Positions 55,368 through 64,000 of a stretch of DNA of 64,000 bases are shown here, in pieces. The number at the start of each line of letters is the position of its first letter. Position 1 is the stretch's first letter. The translations under genes were made by a program, and so were the position numbers. The stretch is from Eledone cirrhosa. Lineage: Eukaryota. The notes below the pieces were generated by a model, which did no database searches, was not told the origin of the DNA, and saw only the letters and a list, made by a program, of their open reading frames with translations. The stretch lies in the NCBI GenBank assembly GCA_964016885.1, contig OZ024742.1, positions 322,214,001 through 322,278,000 on the forward strand. The letters run 5' to 3'.

Positions 55368-56710
55368 CTATAGCAGTAAAGCCCGGCGTTGCTCGGGGCT
55401 GCTCAGTGGCTGTGTTAAAGTTACAATGTTAAGTTCCTTTCACATTCATCTGTAGAATAAACGTAGCCCATGTGTCAAGTTTTGTGAAAATCGGTTGCGA
55501 ACTCCAGAAGTTATGACGTTTTGTTGCATTGCACTGCAGTGCTTCAGTCGACTCCAAGGAAGTGGTTAATGGGGGTTATCTGCCGGGAGGCCCTATAATC
55601 AATATCTGGAAAAATGAAAGTGCCCATAACCATCCGGAGTACATAAGTAACCTATGTCTTAAGTTTGGTAAAAATACTGTAGAAATGCATAAAGTTTACA
55701 CACGCGCGCGCGCGCGTGTGTGTGTGTATGTATTTGTGTGTGCGTATGTGTATGTATGTGTATGTCCGTCGGCGTATACGTATGTACTGGCCTAAATCTT
55801 CACTATTTACTTTTACTATTTTAAGGCAAAGTTAAAATCCCGTCGAGGTTAACTTTGCCTTTCATCCTTACGGGGTTGATAAAATAAAGTACCAGTAATG
55901 TGCTGGATAATTGCTGGCCTTGTGCCAAAAGTAGAAACAACTATTTTAATAACCTCTGTCATTTTCGTTTACAATTTTATTTACATCATTCTTAAACTCC
56001 GGGGCTGGAAATCATTCGGTTATTTTAAATAGAATATTAGTCTAACGACTCCATTTATACCATAAACTTGGTCTCGTCTTTGCATAAAATTGTTCTTCTC
56101 GGTCCACATAACGACGTATTATCCTCGCTTTTTTCCGTTCATTACCACGGAACGTCTTCACGAACCAAAATATCGTCTTCCTGTTTTCCTTCGGTTGCAA
56201 CGTTTCTCGAAATATTTACTTCTGCGTTCACAGATTGAATTGTTTAGTTTAAGAAGATCCCGTTAAGGGTGCAAGCAGAGATTCTTTGCTTAAACTTTCT
56301 TTCTTTCTCAACCCCTCTCCCTTTTTTGTCATACCCTCTCTCTCTCTCACTCATACGACCTATCTCACTCTCCCTCTCTCTACATCTCCCTTTCTCTCTT
56401 TAGATGTATATGTGTATGTGTGTGATATATATAGAGAGAGAGCGTTGCAATATGTATGTAGTTTCATAGATTTTTTAGGGTAGTAGTGAGAAGAATTAAG
56501 CGTGTAAGAGAGAGGGTTACAGCATGTATTTAGTTTTATCGATTTTATTTTCATAGAAGCAGGACATTTATGGCAAAGTTTATTACGCGTTGACCATCCT
56601 TGGTAAATTTGGAGCACATTGAAAAAAAAATCATCAAAATCGGTAGAGAAATGTGGAAATGCATAAAAATCATACACACACACAGACAGACATCTTCCGT
56701 TTTATATATA
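55368..56710 (-). mobile_element. Possible non-autonomous Helitron-like element(s) with SINE A insertion (55822-55945)
   Basis: Minus-strand end CCCGAGCAACGCCGGG-N9-CTAT (hairpin plus CTRR-like end); other end TATATAAAACGGAAGATGTCTGTCTGTGTG. Confidence 0.4.
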
Positions 56711-57628
56711 TACGCAAAAAAAGAGCAGATAACATTTTGTGTCTCCCAAATCGCCCCGATTCGTCTTTCTCCGGCCTGGTTTATCCTTATACAATACTTC
56801 CCGATACCAAATATCACAATATTAACTTACTCAGTATCCCACTTCGGCTCCCACCTTTTTGATGTACTTCGTCTTTCATCGGTCTGCTCTGTCCGTATAC
56901 TTCCCATCATTTCCCGTCATTTCCCGACAGACACCAAATATCACAAACATTGACTTAACCCTGTATGGTAGTATTAAACATTTGGAAAGACGGCGCTTCT
57001 CGTACTTCTGTACCCAGTATCTCTTCGGCCCGAATCGTCTTTCTCCGGCCTGGTCCGTCTGTATACAATACCTTTCGATATTTCCTGACACAAACTAGCA
57101 CAAACACTTACTTAATCCATTACACATTTGCAAAGACGGCGCCATCATTCACAGTCGACTAAACAGAGTTTACGATTGAATGATCCGACGACAGGAAATC
57201 GAAGGATATTGGCGATAATTGTAATAAGTGAAAATGAGCAAATGAGCCGCTTCCTGGCTTGATAGAGGTTAATAAAAGAACATAATGAAAAGATATAGAA
57301 ATATTTGTGTTTGATAGAAGCAAAGGAAAGAAATATAGGAAAAAATATTTATTGCGTTAGGGAAGTGTTGTTTTGTAATGTTTTCTTCGCCTTTATGTTC
57401 ATGGTATGTTGTAGTTATTTTTTCCTTTTTTTTTCTGTATTATGTATTTAGTATCTGGCCGTGTATGTGTGTACATACAATAACAATGAAAATTCCTGTT
57501 TTTAGCCGACTCCTCTAAACTCACGTCGTTTCTCAACTGTCCTGTTTGTGTCTATCTTGTCCGATATTCCACTCATTTCATTACATTTGGCCTATCACAT
57601 TCCAACGCGACACAGTATTCCCTCATAT

Positions 57629-57689
<61 letters not shown>

Positions 57690-57895
57690 CACTCACTTGA
57701 AGTCCAGCAGTAGGAAGAGGGAAGCATTGTCATGATGTGAACCATTTAAGTTCGAAGATTTCTGGTTTATATATATGTGTGTGTGTATGTGTGGGTCTGT
57801 ATGTGAGGGTAAAAAGTAAATGGAAACAACAAAGCAACCAACACGGTACAATGAAGAAATATATTAGTTTAACGCTTGATATAGTAGGAAAAGAG

Positions 57896-57931
57896 TCTTT
57901 ACGTTTCAGACACTAGTCCTTCAACAGAAGA
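57896..57931 (-). ncRNA. Degenerate minimal hammerhead (A6U)
   Basis: UCUU CUGUUGA A GGAC UAGU GUCU GAAA CG UA^AAGA; 3' halves also at ~39490 (+) and ~41790 (-). Confidence 0.55.
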
Positions 57932-58159
57932 TAGAATGGGAAATAAAAGACGAAATAGAAAAATGGAGGGTGAGAAGAAGAAAGGACAGGAAAAATTAAG
58001 AAAAAGCACGTGTGTGTTCAGTTAGCTATTCCGGGTATACGTGTGCATGTAGATACATAGAATTGTCTATACATACATGTACATACATACATACATACAT
58101 ACATACATACATACATACATACATACATACATACATACATACATACATACATACATACA

Positions 58160-58767
58160 TGGTGGCTGCCAACTCGTTTTCGAGTATGGCCAATACTTTA
58201 TATCCATGTAGGAGAACCCCTACCGATGAGCTGAACGAGTGTGACATTTTAGTCCAGCTAGCGACTTGAAAACTCTGGTACAAACACTACACTTGTGACA
58301 ATTATTGACACATAGTGCTGGGCCCATGGTACCATGTGACGACAAGTGCAGAGAGATCTCCAGATATAAAGCAATGCCTGTGCCGTGGAGCTTTTATAGT
58401 GATCAAAGGCACTGCACAAAGCCAGTCCCACTCTCTTAACCAAGATGATATTTACCAAAAAGAAGAACAAGTCAACATCATTGGATACCATCAGGGTTGC
58501 AGGTGTTATATCAGAGTTTTCCTTCTCCTAGAATTCTGCCTTGACAGAGGCTAAGGGGTCATCTCTCCCTGTGATTTTGGATGGGCATTGACTCTTAAGA
58601 GCTGCTTGCCCTTTGACAGGTTTTGTTTTTATTCCTGCAGGATGTCCAAAGTCACCCTCTTCACCAATAAACCTTGGTGAGGTTGCCAGTTTAGTCGCCA
58701 ACGACCCGACCATGGGACAGGTTGTACTGGGATACATGTTACCAGTAGCACCAACTGGTGACCTGAC
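58160..58767 (-). mobile_element. Non-autonomous RTE-derived element sharing its 3' terminus with the RTE at 33889
   Basis: 3' end GGCCATACTCGAAAACGAGTTGGCAGCCACCA(TGTA)n; internal CTAGGAGAAGGAAAACTCTGA RTE-5'UTR-like block; (TACA)n on both flanks. Confidence 0.7.
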
Positions 58768-58804
58768 ATACATACATACATACATACATACATACATACA
58801 TACA

Positions 58805-58835
<31 letters not shown>

Positions 58836-58837
58836 CA

Positions 58838-60678
58838 TAGGAGGACAGAAATACGAACCTAACCCATAACTTCTTTGTGGACGATCTGAAACTCTATGCC
58901 AAGAACATGGATGGGGTGAAGAAAAATCTTGACCTGGTTACAACGTTCTCAAAGGATATAGGAATGGAGTTTGGCCAAGATAAATGCTCATACATGACTG
59001 TAAAGCGGGGAAAAACAACAACCCAATCTAGAAAAATTGTCATCAATGCTCTAACTGTTTCACCGATATCTGATGAGGACTGCTACAGATACCTGGGGAT
59101 AGATGAGAACATATCCTATAATGGTATCTGTAATAAAGAACGCGTAACCAGGGAATACTACACCCGATTAAGAAAGATCTGGTCATCGGAACTCTCTGCG
59201 CAAAACAAAACAGTGGCTCACAATGTGTTTGCTGTGCCTGTCCTAACACCAACGTTTGAAATACTCAATTGGACGATAGACGAAATCCGAGCAGTTGATG
59301 TTGGAACTCGAAAAATACTGAACAACACCGGAAACTTCCACATCAACAGTGACATAGACCGCCTTTACTTGAAACGTAAGCAGGGAGACAGAGGCCTAAC
59401 ATCATCAGTCCAGACAACATTTGAATGTCGCATCATATCTCTCCGACAACATCTACAAACCTCGAAGCGTAGGAGCCCGTTTCTCGAGCAAGTCTATCTG
59501 CATGAAACAGATAAGATCATGAGAGTTGGGAAGGAACTCCTTGAGAGATATTCCCTGTGTGATAATCAAAAACTCACACCCAGGGATGTCGCTTAGCAGT
59601 ACCGCAGTGAATCCATGGATGAAAAACTGCATGCCTATCAGCAAAAAATCATGCATGGATATGTTGCCAGGAAGCTCCAGAGTGAGAGTAATATAGATAA
59701 GGAAAGTAGTCTATCTTGGACCAACAACCGCTATATTGGCTCCCACTTTGAAGGATACGCTTTTGCAATCCAAGAACAGGAGATTAGCACGAAATACCTG
59801 ATTCACAAAAGAGATAGGGATGCAGGCAAAACACCTAGATGTGATAACAAGTGTAGACTCTGCAGAACTAACATCGAGGATATCACCCATGTCATCAGCA
59901 GCTGTCCAAAGATGTCATCGCGGTACTATTTACCTATGAGGCATGATGTAGTGGCCAAAACACTGTACAATGCAGTTCGTAAAAAAGATAGCCCCAATAA
60001 TAAACACATTAAAAGCTACAACAATGTGGAAGACATCTATGTACATAATATGAAAGAGTACTGGTGGAATGTTCCAGTAAAAACCCCAATAAAATGCAGG
60101 CATAACAGACCAGATATTATGATATGGGACAGGGAGAAGAAAACATGCACAGTAGTGGAAATTAGCTGCCCAGCAGATGCCAATATAATATCAAAGATTA
60201 GTGAAAAGGAGAATATTTATGCAGAACTGATGAGAAATCTGCAGATACTCCACCCTGATTACACCTTCAGATTTATGCCTGTGGTTATTGGGGCACTGGG
60301 ATATGTTAGTAACTGCCTCAATATACAAATCTTGAGAAGCTAGGCTTTACAGGAACAGAAAGAACACAACTAGTTAGGAAACTACAAGTACAATCCATTA
60401 ATGGAACAGTAAAAATATGTAAAACATTCCAAAAATGTTGCTTCTAATAACTGCATATACACATGTACAGATACAAAGCATATACACATGCACACATACA
60501 ACTCAAAACATACACATCCACACATACAATAACATCCATATCTACATATGCATGCATATATACATATCTACCTAGTTGATGTTGTGTAAATTCCAATGAG
60601 AGAGTCTTGTGTCTATGTTAGAAACCGACTCTCTCTCTCTATTGGTAAAACTTTGTGAAATTATAAAACCAGAAGAAC
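58838..60678 (+). pseudogene. 5'-truncated R4/Dong-like non-LTR retrotransposon (RT C-half, CCHC, restriction-like endonuclease)
   Basis: FVDDLKLY, GMEFG.DKC, YRYLG, RK.G.RGL, CRLC..HVISSC, RHD, RPD..VEISCP..K..Y; one in-frame TAG at 59594 and a C-terminal frameshift; (CATA)n at both ends. Confidence 0.9.
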
Positions 60679-60730
<52 letters not shown>

Positions 60731-61273
60731 ATATTGTTTTTTCGAAAATCGAGACGAAGCGTATGAGAGTATTTGAAATTCATAGAAATAATTAGAAATA
60801 TCAATGCTAGGATAGCTGTTAAAACAGACAAAAGCCATCACTGACAGAAATCAGTGGCCAGTGGTCGGCGAAGAGAAAGGCATAGCTGCGAGGTGGGTGA
60901 TAGGCCAATGAGAATAAAAAGATTAAGAGGGGAGAAGAAATTTGACCATGGACGATATCCTACACACATATTTCTGCCTCATCAGCTCTCAAACCGATGG
61001 GGTTTTTTACATCTTAACGGATGGAAATCAACTCTGCAACTCCTTACTTTGACTCTGCAAGCTGGCAATTTGACTGTATCGTTCATTCTGTCCCCAGAAC
61101 TTGAGAATAATCAGATGTCGCTTTCCTTGTTAAAATCGTAGACCCAGAGACGTCTAAAAACGATTTCAATAAAAACTTATCTATGAGGTCACACAGGGTC
61201 AAGTTTTTTTTGTGGTCGATTGATAGAGCGAATGAAACTCTATTGAAGAGAGTATCAAATTACTGCTATGCGC

Positions 61274-61337
<64 letters not shown>

Positions 61338-61495
61338 TCTAAAAAAATGGAAAAGTATTGTACGTCAATACTCATCCTTTTCCATTTTTAGGGGGTTTTA
61401 AACCCCACTACCAGGCTAAAATTTATTTAGTCAAAAATACAGCGAAAGCTTCTATTTCTACTAAATTTCAAACTTCGCTCACTGTTTCAAAACAA

Positions 61496-61551
<56 letters not shown>

Positions 61552-62484
61552 AGTGGGGAGAGATAGATAGATATAAAGTCCGCGTGCAATTTAAAATACT
61601 ACAACTATTTTAAATTGCACAGGAACTTTGTGGACTCCTTCTATATAGCAAATTGCACACGGAAAAGAACGAAACACATGGGACAACCGAACAAAAAGCA
61701 TTTAACCTCGTCATCAACGTATATATATTACATATGCATGTTACCCCCTCTGGGAAATGCAATTTCCTGCATAAATGTCCTATTGCATAATATATATAAG
61801 CTTTTTCATGTTCATATATTTCTAATGAAATACTCTGTATTTCAATGAATTAATGAAGAATTGGGGGGGTTTCATCATTAACATGATAAAAAGGTTCTTA
61901 CATCAAATGTTATTAGGCTTTTATTTAATGTATGTATGGACTCGTAATACCCGATAGAGTCGTAGGTACGTCGTAGTGCCATACAGTCTGTCTTGTGTAT
62001 ATGTAACCTGGCAGAGTTCGTCACGGAGGATTTTTTCCCGGGAGAGGGAGAGATAGAGAGAGGGAGGGGGGAGGGAAGAGTGATAGAGCGGAAATGAGAA
62101 GGAGGTATAGAAGAAGAATCGACCCCAGTACTAGATTGATACTTTTTATCGACCTTGAATGGATAAAAGGCATTTTTTAATTTAATATGCATCTTTTAAA
62201 ATGTGTGGTTTACTTTCATAAAACCGGAGACGGTTTTCGCTTTTTTTATTTTTTTGTTTGTTTGTTTTTTTCTATAAATCTTTTTCCCTGTGATAGGGAC
62301 TGTTCCCATGGAGTGTTGAAAGGTCAGTCAGGTCAATGCAAATATAGACCCATTTAGAGTGCTTTGGGGTTTTGTATTCGAGAGGGGGTAACATGCATAT
62401 GTAATATATATACTATATACGGTAGAGCGACTTCAAGGTCAAAGCAAATGGGCGCCAGGTGTGTGTGTGTGTGTTTGTGTTTGA

Positions 62485-62519
<35 letters not shown>

Positions 62520-63290
62520 AGTGTGTGTGTATGTGTGTGTTGTGTTTGTGCGTGTGTGTAAATTAACGTCTGTGGTATTGTTTGCATATAGAACGCATGA
62601 ATGCGTGCATGCCCTTATGCATGGGAATGTGTGTGTGTGTGTTTAAAAAAACAAGAGCTCATATGTGAAAACAAAAATGAATGCGCACATACATATATTC
62701 ACATACATATACATACGGCACATAAACACACATACAGATTCATAGTAACACACACATACACATACACAACTCATGCGTACTGCTTTGTAGTATGTCGAGG
62801 TCGACGGTAACGTACCCAGCAATGGGTACGTACATGGATGTAAAGTCCCATGCGGCACCCATAGACAGATATTGCATACGTACTGTCGAGTTATGACCGT
62901 ATCCCTGCTCAAAGTGATCTGATTAGAGTAAATCTGAGACAGCTCAGGGGGATGCTGATGGTTAATAAAGGGCTAGTCTTGTCAAACCTTTGCTTCATAT
63001 TCTCAATTAGACAATGGAATTTTGCAGTGTTTCAGGGTCTGTTGAAGAGTGTCCTTGAATCTCTTTTTCTGCTCGTCTTGTACTCTTGTCCCACAGGTAA
63101 ACTCAACGTTTCCCAAAATTCTCCAAACGTAGAACCCTTTTTGGCTCAGAAAATTTTGGGGGAAACTCAAAGTCTAATACTGTTATATGGTCCCAATATA
63201 ATTATACGCCTCTACATTTTTTCACTGAACCGTAGACCCTCTTTTGCGGAAGCCAGTCTGGAAGCCACTGGCGTAGAGGATAGATTTGAG

Positions 63291-64000
63291 CAGTCTGGTC
63301 TCATCCGCCTTGTCCTCACATGTCCTACTCAACACAGTCTGGTCTCATCCACCTTGTCCTCACATGTCCTACTCAACACAGTCTAGTCTCCTCCACCTTG
63401 TCCTCACATGTCCTACACAACACAGTCTAGTCTCCTCCATCTTGTCCTCACATGTCCTACTCAACACAGTATAGTCTCCTGCATCTTATCCTCACATGTC
63501 CTACTCAACACGGTCTAGTTTCCTCCATTGTGTCCTCACATATCCTACTCAACAGAATCTAGTCTCCTCCATCTTGTCCTCACATGTCCTACTCAACACA
63601 GTCTAGTCTCATTCATCTTGTCCTCACATGTCCTACTCAACAGTCTAGTCTCATCCATCTTGTCCTCACATGTCCTACTCAACACAATCTGCCCTCATCC
63701 ATCTTGTCCTCACATGTCCTACTCAACACAGTCTAGTCTCATCCATCTTGTCCTCACATGTCCTACTCAACACAATCTGCCCTCATCCATCTTGTCCTCA
63801 CATGTCCTACTCAACACAGTCTAGTCTCCTCCATCTTGTCCTCACATGTCCTACTCAACACAGTCTAGTCTCATCCATCTTGTCCTCAAATGTCCTACTC
63901 ATCACAATCTCGTCTCCTCCACCTTGTCCTCACATGTTCTACTCAACACAATCTAGTCTCCTCCATTTTGTCCTCACATTTCCTACTCAACACAGTCTAG
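63291..64000. repeat. 44-bp tandem minisatellite (>=16 units, continues past window end)
   Basis: Unit CAGTCTAGTCTCCTCCATCTTGTCCTCACATGTCCTACTCAACA. Confidence 0.95.

Noticed and set aside
58660-58767. HDV-like ribozyme at the 5' end of the RTE-derived element
   Set aside because: Partial P2/P4/CUAA resemblance, but no consistent P1-P3-P1.1 nested pseudoknot could be built by eye; needs an RNArobo/Infernal search.
63291-64000. CRISPR-like regular array
   Set aside because: Contiguous 44-bp tandem units without unique spacers; eukaryotic context, no cas genes.

Overview
AT-rich eukaryotic (metazoan) repeat-dense DNA. Its SINE and microsatellite content resembles an octopod/cephalopod genome (from recall, not verified). 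No host gene could be identified; most listed ORFs are microsatellite translations. Transposable elements present: a young, intact Penelope-like element (PLE; RT + GIY-YIG, 773 aa) fused head-to-head with a 5'-truncated copy of itself (7488-14116); several decayed PLEs; an intact RTE-clade LINE with three C-terminal C2H2 fingers plus a non-autonomous partner; a 5'-truncated R4/Dong-like REL retrotransposon; hAT, mariner and Tc1-like relics; and many tRNA-derived SINEs. Reading the non-coding DNA by eye reveals about 30 type I hammerhead ribozyme (HHR) motifs from roughly 15 families, about 23 with an intact or compensated core. Most have a family-specific palindromic stem III and sit in PLE-type termini that run into (TA)n. 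A recurring architecture appears in at least 7 families: one (TA)n site holds two inverted arms of the same element, one ending at a fixed proximal TA and the other at a fixed distal TA. This suggests programmed two-site (twin) priming on a self-complementary microsatellite target. Also present are a 593-nt two-HHR retrozyme-like unit and a foldback element carrying two convergent tRNA-like Pol III cassettes. All folds and alignments were done by eye.
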